Origin: a candidate division WOR-3 bacterium
Lineage (GTDB): Bacteria > Hydrothermota > Tepidihabitantia > SM23-42 > JAOAFX01
Direction: 5' to 3'
Length of the DNA stretch: 64,000 nt
NCBI GenBank assembly: GCA_037444665.1
Contig: JBBILZ010000004.1
Span: forward strand, 1-64,000
Part shown: positions 40,628 through 50,501 of the stretch, piece after piece
Numbering within the stretch: the first letter of the stretch is position 1
Layout: every line of letters begins with the position of its first letter
The notes under the pieces: model-generated
Told to the model about the DNA's origin: nothing
What the model saw: the letters and a program-made list of their open reading frames with translations, nothing else
Database searches by the model: none
Made by a program: the position numbers and the translations under genes

Positions 40628-41908
40628 ATGAGAAGAATGCTAATTATCATTTTGTTACTTATTTCTGGAAGCATTGTTACTCTATCAAACAGTGGATGCA
40701 AATCAAAAGAGAATTTAATCAATTTACTCGTTGTCTGGGGCGGAGAAGAGTTGGAGAGTTTCAGGGCAATGATAAAGCCCTTTGAGGATTCCACTGGGTT
40801 TAAGGTCAATATTGAGGCAACCCGAGATATTAATGCAGTATTGGTAACACGACTGGAAGCAGGTAATCCACCAGATATGGCAAACCTTCCCAATCCTGGT
40901 GTGTTAAAAGAGTTTGCCCGGGAAAAGAAAATCCTGCCATTAGACAATTTTGTTGATACAAATAGGTTGCTAAATGAATATGGCAAATACTGGGTGGAGT
41001 TAGGCAGTTATGATGGTAGGTTATATGGAATATTCATAAAGGCATCATTAAAGAGCTTGATCTGGTATGCTCCAAAAAATCTTGCGAATTTTTGCAAGGA
41101 ACCACCTAAAACCTGGGATGAGTTAATGACATTAACAGAAAAGATTTCTCAAGCTGGTAAAATACCATGGAGTATTGGCTTGGAAAGTGGTTCAGCAAGT
41201 GGCTGGCCAGGAACAGACTGGATTGAAGACATTTTATTGCGCAGTGCCGGTGAAGAGATTTATGACAAATGGATAAATCACGAAATTTCCTGGCTCCATC
41301 CCGCAATAAAAACCGCCTGGCAAATCTTTGGCAAGATAGTCCGCAATAAGAATTATTTATATGGCGGCACTAATGGCACGATTGCAACAAATTTTGGTGA
41401 TGCAATAAATCCCCTTTTTACATCTCCTCCCGGGGCATACCTCCATCGCCAGGCAATTTTTATTCAGGGCTTTATTCACACACAGTTTCCCGATTTAATT
41501 CCCGAAAAAGATTTTTCTTTCTTTTCTTTTCCACCCATTAAAAGCAACAGACCAAATCCTATGATTGTTGCTGCTGACTTATTTGTGGTCTTCAGAGATA
41601 AAAAGCCTGTGCGCGCATTAATAAATTATCTAACGAGTGCACGGGCACAGGAGATATGGGTAAAAAGGGGCGGAGCGATTGCCCCCAATAAACAGGTATC
41701 ACTTGAATCATATCCAGACAAATTGAGTAAGAAGGCAGCAACAATCTTTAATCAGACATCAATCTTCAGATTTGATGCCTCAGATATGATGCCTGCCAGT
41801 ATGAACAATGCATTTTGTAAGGGTGTGATAGACTATGTTGCGGGCAAGGAACTTGACGAAATCCTTAAACATATTGAAAATATTGCCCTTGAATCTTATG
41901 GCAGGTAA
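40628..41908 (+). CDS. carbohydrate ABC transporter substrate-binding lipoprotein (AglE-like)
   Basis: Lipobox-like NSGC; KSLIWY, ESGSASGWPGTDWIED, FRFDASDMMP; RBS aggagg. Confidence 0.88.
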   Translation: MRRMLIIILLLISGSIVTLSNSGCKSKENLINLLVVWGGEELESFRAMIKPFEDSTGFKVNIEATRDINAVLVTRLEAGNPPDMANLPNPGVLKEFAREKKILPLDNFVDTNRLLNEYGKYWVELGSYDGRLYGIFIKASLKSLIWYAPKNLANFCKEPPKTWDELMTLTEKISQAGKIPWSIGLESGSASGWPGTDWIEDILLRSAGEEIYDKWINHEISWLHPAIKTAWQIFGKIVRNKNYLYGGTNGTIATNFGDAINPLFTSPPGAYLHRQAIFIQGFIHTQFPDLIPEKDFSFFSFPPIKSNRPNPMIVAADLFVVFRDKKPVRALINYLTSARAQEIWVKRGGAIAPNKQVSLESYPDKLSKKAATIFNQTSIFRFDASDMMPASMNNAFCKGVIDYVAGKELDEILKHIENIALESYGR

Positions 41909-42767
41909 ACCTTATCATAAACCCTGTGAACCCTGGTTATATTTAGCACCTGCTCTTCTTTTTCTTATCTTCTATCTCATATATCCTACTTGCCACACCA
42001 TATTTTTAAGTTTTATGGATAGATATGGAACTCACTTCGTGGGCATCAACAATTTTCTAAAACTTTTTACGGAAAAGGGTAATCTCATTATATTAAGAAA
42101 CAACCTGCTCTGGTTAATAACCTTTACCTCTATGACTGTCGGCCTGGGTTTTATAATTGCTTTTATCATAGAGAAAGTGCCGTTTGAATCCTTTTTTAAA
42201 TCAGTCATCTTTATGCCCATGGCAATCTCATTCGTTGGTGCCGGTGTAATCTGGAAGTTTATGTATACATTTCGTCCAGAAGGAACAGAACAGATCGGAT
42301 TTCTGAATATGCTTCTTGTTAGTCTAAATATAAAACCAGTTGCATTCCTTGTTGATACATATTTGAATAATTTCGCTTTAATACTTGTCGGGATATGGAT
42401 ATGGACTGGTTTCTGTATGGTGATTCTCTCAGCAGCACTAAAAAACATTCCTGATGAATTGATTGATGCTGCGCGTGTTGATGGGGCAAATGGATGGCAA
42501 GTCTTCTTTTATATTATTTTGCCCCTGGTCTGGCCTGTAATGGTGGCGGTGGCGACTACAATGGTAATAAATGTTCTAAAAATTTTTGATATTGTATATG
42601 TAATGACCAATGGTGATTATGGAACTGAAGTTATTGCCACTGGAATGTATAAGCAGTTATTCCTGCACAGAAATCTGGGAATGGCAAGCGCCTTTGCGGT
42701 GATACTCCTGATAGCAATTCTTCCGGTCATAATCTTTAATCTAAAGAAACTTTTAAAGAATGAATAA
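41898..42767 (+). CDS. carbohydrate ABC transporter permease
   Basis: FMPMAISFVGAGVIWKF; EAA-like loop DAARVDGA. Confidence 0.9.
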   Translation: MAGKPYHKPCEPWLYLAPALLFLIFYLIYPTCHTIFLSFMDRYGTHFVGINNFLKLFTEKGNLIILRNNLLWLITFTSMTVGLGFIIAFIIEKVPFESFFKSVIFMPMAISFVGAGVIWKFMYTFRPEGTEQIGFLNMLLVSLNIKPVAFLVDTYLNNFALILVGIWIWTGFCMVILSAALKNIPDELIDAARVDGANGWQVFFYIILPLVWPVMVAVATTMVINVLKIFDIVYVMTNGDYGTEVIATGMYKQLFLHRNLGMASAFAVILLIAILPVIIFNLKKLLKNE

Positions 42768-43611
42768 GATTTCTTTTTCGCGATTTACTTTTGGTTTCCT
42801 CATAATAATCATTGCTATTTTTTGGTTGATACCAACACTGGGTTTATTCATTAGTTCCTTAAGAACCCCTCAGGATGTAATGAGCAGTGGTTGGTGGAAG
42901 GTATTCAAAAACATTATTGATTTTCGGCAGTTTACACTTGGAAACTATATTAATGTCATAAAAAACTATGGCCTGGCAAGGGCATTCTTAAACAGTCTAC
43001 TCATCACGATTCCAAGCACTATTTTACCAATCTTTATTGCATCACTGGCAGCCTTTGCCTTTGTCCTTATGGAAATCCCATTTAGGCGTATTCTACAAAT
43101 GGTTGTCATCGGACTTTTAGTTATACCAATACAGATAACGATGGTTCCCATTTTAAGGATTTATAATAGTCTGGGACTGGCTGGAACATTTCCCGGGCTC
43201 TGGCTTGCCCACACTGGTTATGGTTTGCCATTAGCGATCTATATGTTATACAATTTCTTCGGGATGATACCGAAAGAGCTTTTTGAGGCAGCTTATGTTG
43301 AGGGTGCATCTTCTTTTACGATCTACCGAAAGATTCTCATCCCTTTATCAATGCCTGCCATCGCCTCCTTAACCGTGTTCCAATTCTTATGGGTCTGGAA
43401 TGACCTGCTGATCGGTCTTATATATCTTGGTGGTAATGAGCAGGTTGCACCATTGACCGTCAAGGTCAGCAATATGGTGAATTCCCTGGGTCAGAACTGG
43501 CATCTTTTAACATCTGCCGCATTTATATCAATGATTATGCCTCTTATAATATTTTTCTTCCTTCAAAGGTATTTTGAGCGCGGCATCCTGGTCGGTGCAA
43601 TAAAAGGATAA
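42760..43611 (+). CDS. carbohydrate ABC transporter permease
   Basis: EAAYVEGA, FQFLWVWNDLL, LQRYFERGILVGAIKG. Confidence 0.9.
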   Translation: MNKISFSRFTFGFLIIIIAIFWLIPTLGLFISSLRTPQDVMSSGWWKVFKNIIDFRQFTLGNYINVIKNYGLARAFLNSLLITIPSTILPIFIASLAAFAFVLMEIPFRRILQMVVIGLLVIPIQITMVPILRIYNSLGLAGTFPGLWLAHTGYGLPLAIYMLYNFFGMIPKELFEAAYVEGASSFTIYRKILIPLSMPAIASLTVFQFLWVWNDLLIGLIYLGGNEQVAPLTVKVSNMVNSLGQNWHLLTSAAFISMIMPLIIFFFLQRYFERGILVGAIKG

Positions 43612-43616
43612 AAAAA

Positions 43617-44153
43617 TTACTTGTTTAACCAATCATCAATGGTATTTAACAACAATTTGACTCTCTTCTTTATCAAGTAATAATACCATAGACCTGATAT
43701 TGCAGAAAGTATAAAAATAAACAAAAGTGCTATATTAGATGGAAAGCGCGTAAAAAAAATAGCAATAAATACAAAAAATACGCCGGGGATGGCAAGATTA
43801 AGGCAGACCGTGATCCTTACTTTCTGTGGATTAACAAGTTCTATTGAACCATGGATTGGAACTACTGAATACCGTGAAACACCATAGTCATAATATTGAA
43901 ACTCTTTGAAGAAGATTTCCTTCTGGCTGAAAGGATAAAAGTATATTTTGTTCTTTATTTTTGATTTTAATATATCCTGTATTCCGGAGGCAGGCGGCAG
44001 TGTGTAATGAACCTTAAATAACTCCCAATCAACTTTGTGGACCTTAATGATTTGAGTGAAATAGCTTGGGATTTTCATCTTTGCAAGAATTTCATCCAGT
44101 ATTAAGCCAAGAACGAAAAATGCAAACCCAAAATAAATCAAAGTCCAATCCAT
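43617..44153 (-). CDS. hypothetical membrane protein
   Basis: 178 aa with 3 hydrophobic segments. Confidence 0.55.
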   Translation of the reverse strand: MDWTLIYFGFAFFVLGLILDEILAKMKIPSYFTQIIKVHKVDWELFKVHYTLPPASGIQDILKSKIKNKIYFYPFSQKEIFFKEFQYYDYGVSRYSVVPIHGSIELVNPQKVRITVCLNLAIPGVFFVFIAIFFTRFPSNIALLFIFILSAISGLWYYYLIKKRVKLLLNTIDDWLNK

Positions 44154-44291
44154 ATCCTACCCCTTTCTCTGCCTTGGGTTTGAAATTCACTGTTTATAAA
44201 AATTATCATCATCTTATTTTTCTTAAAAATAAAAATTCAAAAATTTATCAAACAAAACTCTCAAATCAAACATCACAACTTTCATATTTGG

Positions 44292-44621
44292 TCAATTGAC
44301 CAAATACGAAAATACCTCAATAATCTTTAATTTTTTTACTAAATTCTCAAGCATTAACATCACATCTCCAATTGCTTCCTCTTTTATCCAATAATACCGA
44401 TCTTGAAATTGCACATCATAACGCACCAAGTCTAATTGCCGCAATGATTTAAGGACATGGGAAACTTTGGAAATGCTCAATCTCATTATCTTAGGAATTT
44501 CAGAAGGTTTCTTTTTGCTGCCTTTTAGCAAATATAAGATTTCGTATGCAGTGAGATTGCCCAAGACACGACAAATTCGCGAAGCCCGATATCTAATTTC
44601 TGGTATCTTCTTTTTTGGCAT
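44292..44621 (-). CDS. ArsR-family winged-helix regulator
   Basis: CRVLGN..EILYLL..SKVSHVLKSLRQLDLV..RYYWI; TTGACA-17-TATAAT ends 5 nt before the ATG. Confidence 0.8.
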   Translation of the reverse strand: MPKKKIPEIRYRASRICRVLGNLTAYEILYLLKGSKKKPSEIPKIMRLSISKVSHVLKSLRQLDLVRYDVQFQDRYYWIKEEAIGDVMLMLENLVKKLKIIEVFSYLVN

Positions 44622-44729
44622 GTGCCATTATAACCAGTTTTTTATATTTTGTCAATTGGCCAAATTAGAAAAGGATACCTTAAATTTATCGAAATGCGGC
44701 ATAAAAATATTCAATTTTTATTCGGTATT

Positions 44730-45500
44730 TTATGCTTTACGCAGATATGAATGAATAAATTTGTAAAGATGTGTCGCTCTTCCGATTTCGGTTTCGGCAA
44801 TAATTTTTCCATCCTTTGCAATAATCAATGTTCCCCCGAAGCTTCCGCCCGGAATGGGTTCAAAGGCATTTACCAAAAAAGTGGTAACACCGGTCTTAGC
44901 TATCTGCCGGGCATAGACAAATTTTTCTTTTCTCTCCCAATCTTTTTTATTATTGCAACTACCACCAAATGAACGGGACATAGGCACAATTAAGTAATCA
45001 AACTTTTCTTTTTTTAGTATTTTTACGACAGAGTTATCAAAGATATCACCGCAAATTGCAAACGCCAATTTTCCAAACGGAGTTAAACAGGAAGGCAAAT
45101 CTTTGCCTTCAACATAGAGGTCTTTGGGCACCCTGCGGCTATGCCATTGGGGATTGATTCGGCGATACTTTAAAATAATTTCTCCCATATCACTAAATAA
45201 TAATGCAGAATCATAGATCTTCTCCTTTTCTTTTTCTAAAATACCGATTGCAATATAGATGCGATATCTTTTAGCAATTGCTCCAATTCTGCCAGTAAGT
45301 TTACCAGGTATTTTTATCGCAAGGGAAATATTTTTTTTGTAATCCTCTGTGGGTAAACCAGTTAATGCACATTCTGGAAAACAGATTAATTGGCAATGCT
45401 TTTTATATGCCATTTTAACCGAATCTTCAACTTGCATTATGTTTTCTTCTATTCCTGATTGTTTAAACAGAAATGACGATAAAAACACCTTAAAATTCAT
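44730..45500 (-). CDS. carbon-nitrogen hydrolase (nitrilase superfamily)
   Basis: ICFPECALTG, YRRI (usual YRK position), AICGD. Confidence 0.85.
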   Translation of the reverse strand: MNFKVFLSSFLFKQSGIEENIMQVEDSVKMAYKKHCQLICFPECALTGLPTEDYKKNISLAIKIPGKLTGRIGAIAKRYRIYIAIGILEKEKEKIYDSALLFSDMGEIILKYRRINPQWHSRRVPKDLYVEGKDLPSCLTPFGKLAFAICGDIFDNSVVKILKKEKFDYLIVPMSRSFGGSCNNKKDWERKEKFVYARQIAKTGVTTFLVNAFEPIPGGSFGGTLIIAKDGKIIAETEIGRATHLYKFIHSYLRKA

Positions 45501-45674
45501 AAGACCTCACTCTACAAAATCCGTCAATTACCTGTATCTGATAAATTCGCTGATAACACCTACTTTTTTATAAATATTATAATTATACAAAAAAATAGGT
45601 ATACTTGCAAGGCGGAACTGCACAATTTTTATCCATCCTATAAATTAGACTAAAATAATAATTAGTCAAACTAA

Positions 45675-46286
45675 TCATCCGAAATCGGCTGTTAAAACAC
45701 CGGCCAGTGGATGCAATTCTCTTATCCGAACAGATGCCCCTATCTCTTTAAGTCAGGCAACTAAATATTCAACGCTGGCTGGGAAATCTGTGTCGCCGCC
45801 ATCATAATTTACCTCATCAAATTTATCACGATGTTTATCTGGGTCATCAAAAAATATAATGTCGCCGATAACAATCCTGCCAGGACGGCACAGCAATTTA
45901 GACAGACACGCCAAACTTTCTTTCTTTTTCTGGTCAGTTATATGGTGCAGAGAGTAGACCATCAGGATTTTTGTAATTCTATACAAAAAGAGATTTAATG
46001 TAGCACTAGGGTCTTCAAATGAACCATAAGCAAAAATCAGGTTATCAATCTTCTCCTGTTGAGCCTTCTTACGCGCCTTTTTTAGACTTTTTTTATTAAT
46101 ATCAATGCCTATTACACATTTACAAATATGCGCAGCAGAAATGGCTTTATCCCCGGTACCGGTTCCGAGGTCAAGCAAAATATCGTTATTATTCAATTCC
46201 AGTTCTTTTAGAGCAACCTGGCCTACTAAATATGGCACATTCTTTTGGTTCTCCTCTATACATTTCATCATAAAAAGTTGAGACAA
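45675..46286 (-). pseudogene. class I SAM methyltransferase with an internal TGA and damaged 5' end
   Basis: LLDLGTGTG, GIDIN, YSLHHI. After TGA 45753-45755 the frame continues LKEIGASVRIRELHPLAGVLTADFG-stop at 45675. Confidence 0.65.
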
Positions 46287-46365
46287 TCGGCTAAAGCCTT
46301 GCTCTACAGATGCTTTTTGTAGAGTCTACTTCTGCAACTACATTTTTAAAAAAAATTACTGCTAT

Positions 46366-46692
46366 TTAAGATTCCTCGCCTTTGGTCTTTGTCTTTATTG
46401 GTTCAACCAACAAAATATAGGCGGGTTTTTCACTGCGCGAGCGATGGCGTGTCCCCTGCTTAACCAGATAACCTTCACCTTCTTTTAATTCAATTGATTC
46501 ATTCTCAAAGTCAATGAAAATCTTTCCTTTTAACACATAAAAGAATTCATCTTCATTCATATGTGTATGCCATTTGAAGGCACCGTCAATCTTGGCAATC
46601 CGCAGGGCAGTTTCATTGACATATATAACATCCTGCGGTTGCCATGGTTCTTTTAATTTTTTATCAATATCCTTAAAACTTATTTTTGGCAT
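46366..46692 (-). CDS. cupin domain protein
   Basis: FKWHTHMNEDEFFYVLKG, GTRHRS. Confidence 0.88.
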   Translation of the reverse strand: MPKISFKDIDKKLKEPWQPQDVIYVNETALRIAKIDGAFKWHTHMNEDEFFYVLKGKIFIDFENESIELKEGEGYLVKQGTRHRSRSEKPAYILLVEPIKTKTKGEES

Positions 46693-46747
46693 AATACCTC
46701 CAATTTATTCAAACATCTAATGTACTGTTCATTGTTATTACTTAAAA

Positions 46748-46846
46748 GGCATTGCCGCCAGTGTGGTTATTAGTCTATTTGTTGTTCGTTATTTTTAGCC
46801 ATTAAACTATGCCGAAAGACCATACCAGCCGCTATGCCATATAACC
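46748..46846. repeat. inverted-repeat cassette family A, empty copy
   Basis: Left arm ggcattgccgccagtgtggttattag (46748-46773); right arm ccgaaagaccataccagccgctatgccatataacc (46812-46846). Confidence 0.75.
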
Positions 46847-46886
46847 AAAAACTTACAACTATCATAGAAAATTACGGCATTTATGA

Positions 46887-48494
46887 TTACATCCTGAAGA
46901 CGCCAAATTTATGGTCAAGAATTGAGGCATTCAGGGACATCGCAATTCCCAAGCCAAGAACCGTACGCGTATCCATCGGGTCAAGTATTCCATCATCCCA
47001 GAGTCTTGCGGTAGAATAATAGGCACTTGATTCATACTCATACTTTGCCAGAATCGGTTTGCGGATTTCTTCTATTTCCTCAGGAGTGAGTTTTCTACCT
47101 TCTTTTTCTAATGCCTTGACCTTGATGTCAGTCAGAACATCTGCTGCCTGTTCGCCACCCATCACACAAATTTTTGCTGTGGGCCACATAAATAAGAGCC
47201 TTGGTTCATAAGCCCGACCGCACATTCCATAATTGCCTGCACCATAAGAACCACCAATGATTATGGTAAATTTAGGGACCTGGGCATTTGCTACCGCATG
47301 CACCAATTTTGCACCATCCTTTGCAATTCCCTGATGTTCATATCGTTTTCCCACAATAAATCCGGTAATGTTCTGCAGAAATATCAATGGTATCTTCCGC
47401 ACACAGCACAACTCAATGAAGTGGGCGCCCTTCTGCGATGATTCAGAGAATAAAACACCATTGTTGGCAAGAATTCCTACGGGATAACCCATAATCCTTG
47501 CAAATCCACACACGAGGGTCTGACCATACAATTCTTTGAATTCGTGGAATTCACTGCCATCAACTATCCGCGCAATGACTTCACGCATATCAAATGGTTT
47601 GCGTAAATCCTTAGGGATTATACCATAAAGCTCTTTTGGGTCATATGCAGGGTCAACCGGTGTGCTCCGCTCTAATGGATATTTCGGTTGTCTGCCCAGA
47701 TTCTCCACAATATTTCTGGTTATTTCTATTGCCTGCTCATCATTTATGGCATAATGGTCAGAAACACCTGAAATCCTGCAGTGGACATCAGCACCACCAA
47801 GTTCCTCTTCAGTAACGACTTCTCCTGTTGCAGCCTTGACCAGGGGTGGACCGCCAATGTAAATCGTCCCTACACCCTTTACATGGACAACTTCATCACT
47901 CATTGCTGGCTGATACGCACCGCCAGCTGTGCAGAATCCCATTACTACAGAAATCTGCGGAATATTCATTGCCGACATTATCGCCTGGTTATAAAAGATT
48001 CTTCCAAAATGGAATCTATCAGGAAATGTCCCTACCTGTAAGGGGAGAAAGATGCCCCCAGAGTCCACAAGATAGATACAGGGAAGCCGATTCTCTATGG
48101 CAATCTCCTGAGCACGAATATGTTTTTTTATGGTCTCAGGTATGTATGTGCCGCCTTTTACAGTTGCGTCATGGGCGATAACCATTACCTCTCTACCATG
48201 GACTACACCGATGCCCGTGATAATCGCCGCAGAAGGATGCTCATTATCATACATATCCCAGGCAGCAAGCGGACTCAGTTCTAAAAATGGTGTATCAGGG
48301 TCAAGCAATAATCTCAATCTGTCGCGCACAAATAGTTTACCCCTTTCTTTGTGTTTTTTATGCATATAATCTGGACCGCCTTTACGCACCAGTGCCAGCC
48401 GCTCTTTGAGAAGTTTGACTGCCTGCTCCACTGCCTGATAATTCTCCTTGAAATCAGCACTATTGGTGTCTATTTTTGATTCTATTTTATACAT
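46887..48494 (-). CDS. acyl-CoA carboxylase carboxyltransferase subunit (methylcrotonyl-CoA carboxylase beta-like)
   Basis: [55 protein letters not shown]. Confidence 0.9.
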   Translation of the reverse strand: MYKIESKIDTNSADFKENYQAVEQAVKLLKERLALVRKGGPDYMHKKHKERGKLFVRDRLRLLLDPDTPFLELSPLAAWDMYDNEHPSAAIITGIGVVHGREVMVIAHDATVKGGTYIPETIKKHIRAQEIAIENRLPCIYLVDSGGIFLPLQVGTFPDRFHFGRIFYNQAIMSAMNIPQISVVMGFCTAGGAYQPAMSDEVVHVKGVGTIYIGGPPLVKAATGEVVTEEELGGADVHCRISGVSDHYAINDEQAIEITRNIVENLGRQPKYPLERSTPVDPAYDPKELYGIIPKDLRKPFDMREVIARIVDGSEFHEFKELYGQTLVCGFARIMGYPVGILANNGVLFSESSQKGAHFIELCCVRKIPLIFLQNITGFIVGKRYEHQGIAKDGAKLVHAVANAQVPKFTIIIGGSYGAGNYGMCGRAYEPRLLFMWPTAKICVMGGEQAADVLTDIKVKALEKEGRKLTPEEIEEIRKPILAKYEYESSAYYSTARLWDDGILDPMDTRTVLGLGIAMSLNASILDHKFGVFRM

Positions 48495-48504
48495 ACACTC
48501 CTTT

Positions 48505-48586
48505 AAATTCTAAACAAATTAGAAATCCCAATGTTCCAAGCTATTTTGCGTTTGGAATTTTTAACATTGAGCATTGTTTAGAATTT
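48505..48586. repeat. intergenic hairpin built from AAATTCT/AAATCCC-like heptamers
   Basis: aaattctaaacaa (48505-48517) / ttgtttagaattt (48574-48586), with inner caatgttccaa pairing. Confidence 0.6.
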
Positions 48587-48605
48587 CAAATTTAGAATTT
48601 AGTGC

Positions 48606-48995
48606 TCACACAAGCACAGCCTTGTATCCATAGCAGATTATTCCTGCTGAGCCCTCTTCTTGAATCTTTCGGAAGACAAGTTTTACCTGTTTACCAATCA
48701 TAACATCTTCGGGTTTACAATCTACTACCTGGGCAGTAATCCGCACTCCATCATTCAATTCTATTATTGCGACATTATACGGAACCTGAGTGTTGAACTG
48801 TTCTGGTGCAACACGAATTGTTGTATATGTTACAATCTTTCCAGTTTCGCTCAATTTGACTTTTTCAAAATCTCGTGATTTACAATTATCACAGATAAGT
48901 CGGGGTGGAAAGAAAATCTTTCCACATTTTTTACATTTACCCGCCTCAAGCCGATACCTTTGAGGCATCTCTCTGGTATATCTTGGTGAAGGCAT
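48606..48995 (-). CDS. DUF35 Zn-ribbon/OB-fold protein (thiolase-HMGCS scaffold type)
   Basis: CKKCG.IFFPPR.ICDNC, GKIVTYT, IICYGYK. Confidence 0.9.
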   Translation of the reverse strand: MPSPRYTREMPQRYRLEAGKCKKCGKIFFPPRLICDNCKSRDFEKVKLSETGKIVTYTTIRVAPEQFNTQVPYNVAIIELNDGVRITAQVVDCKPEDVMIGKQVKLVFRKIQEEGSAGIICYGYKAVLV

Positions 48996-49024
48996 AATTG
49001 CTCCTTTCAATCAAAACGCAATAA

Positions 49025-49178
49025 TTGCAGTATCATCCGCCACAATTCTTGGCGGATTCGCAGTATCGTCCCTTTGGGACTTGCAGTATCGCTGTTGCTT
49101 GCACACCTGTCTTTTGCAAACGAAGTGATACTGCACCTCCTGCGAGTAAAACGATACTGCAAGCGAAGCGATCCTGCG
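49025..49178. repeat. branched palindromic element (three GCAGTATC units opposed by three inverted units)
   Basis: GCAGTATC at 49027, 49060, 49083; GATACTGC at 49127, 49153; GATCCTGC at 49170; hairpins between the units. Confidence 0.8.
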
Positions 49179-49179
49179 T

Positions 49180-50325
49180 TTATATTGTAAATATATGGAC
49201 TACCGATGAGGCACCTGAACCACCCATATTCTGCGTCAACCCGATCTTTGCATTCTTGACCTGTCTTTTCCCTGCATTGCCACGCAATTGCTCAACAACT
49301 TCAACAATCTGCGCAATGCCAGTGGCACCGACGGGATGGCCTTTTGATTTTAAACCACCTGATGTATTAATAGGTATCTTACCGGTCAATTCAGTCTCAC
49401 CCTTTTCAACCATCAAGTATGCCTTTCCTCTTTCACAGAAGCCGAGTTCTTCCATTATACACAATTCAGCAATCGTGAAACAATCATGAACCTCAGCACA
49501 ATTTACATCGGCAGGTTTTATTCCCGCCATTTTGAACGCCCTTTCTCCCGCAGTTCTAATGGCGTTAAGACTAAGAATATCCTGCCTCTGATGCAAAGCA
49601 ATTGTATCGGTTCCAGCACCAGAACCGATCACCCTAACGATTGGTTTACCTAATTTTTTTGCAGTTTCGGCAGTCGTCACGATTACGCATGCTGCACCAT
49701 CTGAGACGGGTGAACTGTCCATCATGGTTATCGGGTCTGCAACCATCGTTGCATTCAAAACATCATCAAGCGTAACTTCCCTCTGGAATTGGGCATTTGG
49801 ATTGAGTGCGCCATTTTTATGATTTTTTACTGCGACCATTGCGAGGTGCTTACGCGTAGCACCATATCTGTGAAAATAGGCATTGGCAATCATTGCAAAA
49901 AGTCCAGGGAATGTTATCCCATGGTAGCATTCATATTCTTGGTCAGCGGCAGTAGATAACGCATAGGTCACATCTGCACCATCGGTCATCTTCTCTACGC
50001 CACCGGCAAGGACAATATCATTCATTCCTGAGGCAACATCTAAAAATGCCTGCCTGAAGGAAAATCCACCTGAGGCACAGGCAGACTCTACCCTTACTGC
50101 TGGTATCGGTGCTACACCAAGATAGTCTGCCATCAATGCACCAATGTGCTCCTGGCCAACAAATAGACCTGATGTCATCGTTCCAACATACATTGCATCA
50201 ATACGGTCAACACCCGCATCGTCAATTGCTTTTAGTGCGGCTTCAACAAAAATATCTCTTATTGATTTTGTCCATAATTCACCAAATTTGGTCATACCAA
50301 TACCGATTACCGCAACTTCCCTCAT
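49180..50325 (-). CDS. archaeal-type acetyl-CoA acetyltransferase (thiolase)
   Basis: [39 protein letters not shown]. Confidence 0.92.
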   Translation of the reverse strand: MREVAVIGIGMTKFGELWTKSIRDIFVEAALKAIDDAGVDRIDAMYVGTMTSGLFVGQEHIGALMADYLGVAPIPAVRVESACASGGFSFRQAFLDVASGMNDIVLAGGVEKMTDGADVTYALSTAADQEYECYHGITFPGLFAMIANAYFHRYGATRKHLAMVAVKNHKNGALNPNAQFQREVTLDDVLNATMVADPITMMDSSPVSDGAACVIVTTAETAKKLGKPIVRVIGSGAGTDTIALHQRQDILSLNAIRTAGERAFKMAGIKPADVNCAEVHDCFTIAELCIMEELGFCERGKAYLMVEKGETELTGKIPINTSGGLKSKGHPVGATGIAQIVEVVEQLRGNAGKRQVKNAKIGLTQNMGGSGASSVVHIFTI

Positions 50326-50390
50326 TATTAACCTCCTTTAGCAGAAATTATAAAATATTTGGCAAGCCCTGACATCTGTTTTTCGTTTTT

Positions 50391-50487
50391 GGGCATGGCA
50401 GCCATTATGGTCTTTAGGCATAATTTTATGCTGAAATAAACTTTTGACTTAAAACCAAACCGGCGGCTATGCCATATAACCATAAAC
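50391..50487. repeat. inverted-repeat cassette family A, empty copy
   Basis: Left arm gggcatggcagccattatggtctttagg (50391-50418); right arm cttaaaaccaaaccggcggctatgccatataaccataaac (50448-50487). Confidence 0.75.
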
Positions 50488-50501
50488 AATGCCCCAAACC
50501 A

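Noticed and set aside
19767..43611. Missing partners (MoxR for DUF58/BatA, CdaA for CdaR, ATPase for the sugar ABC)
   Set aside because: Such partners are often encoded elsewhere; this cannot be judged from one window
45753..45755. Selenocysteine codon
   Set aside because: Not in a redox motif, no convincing SECIS by eye, and the gene has other damage
49025..49178. CRISPR mini-array
   Set aside because: Repeats are only 8-10 bp, half are inverted, spacers are 7-23 nt and self-complementary, and no cas genes are present
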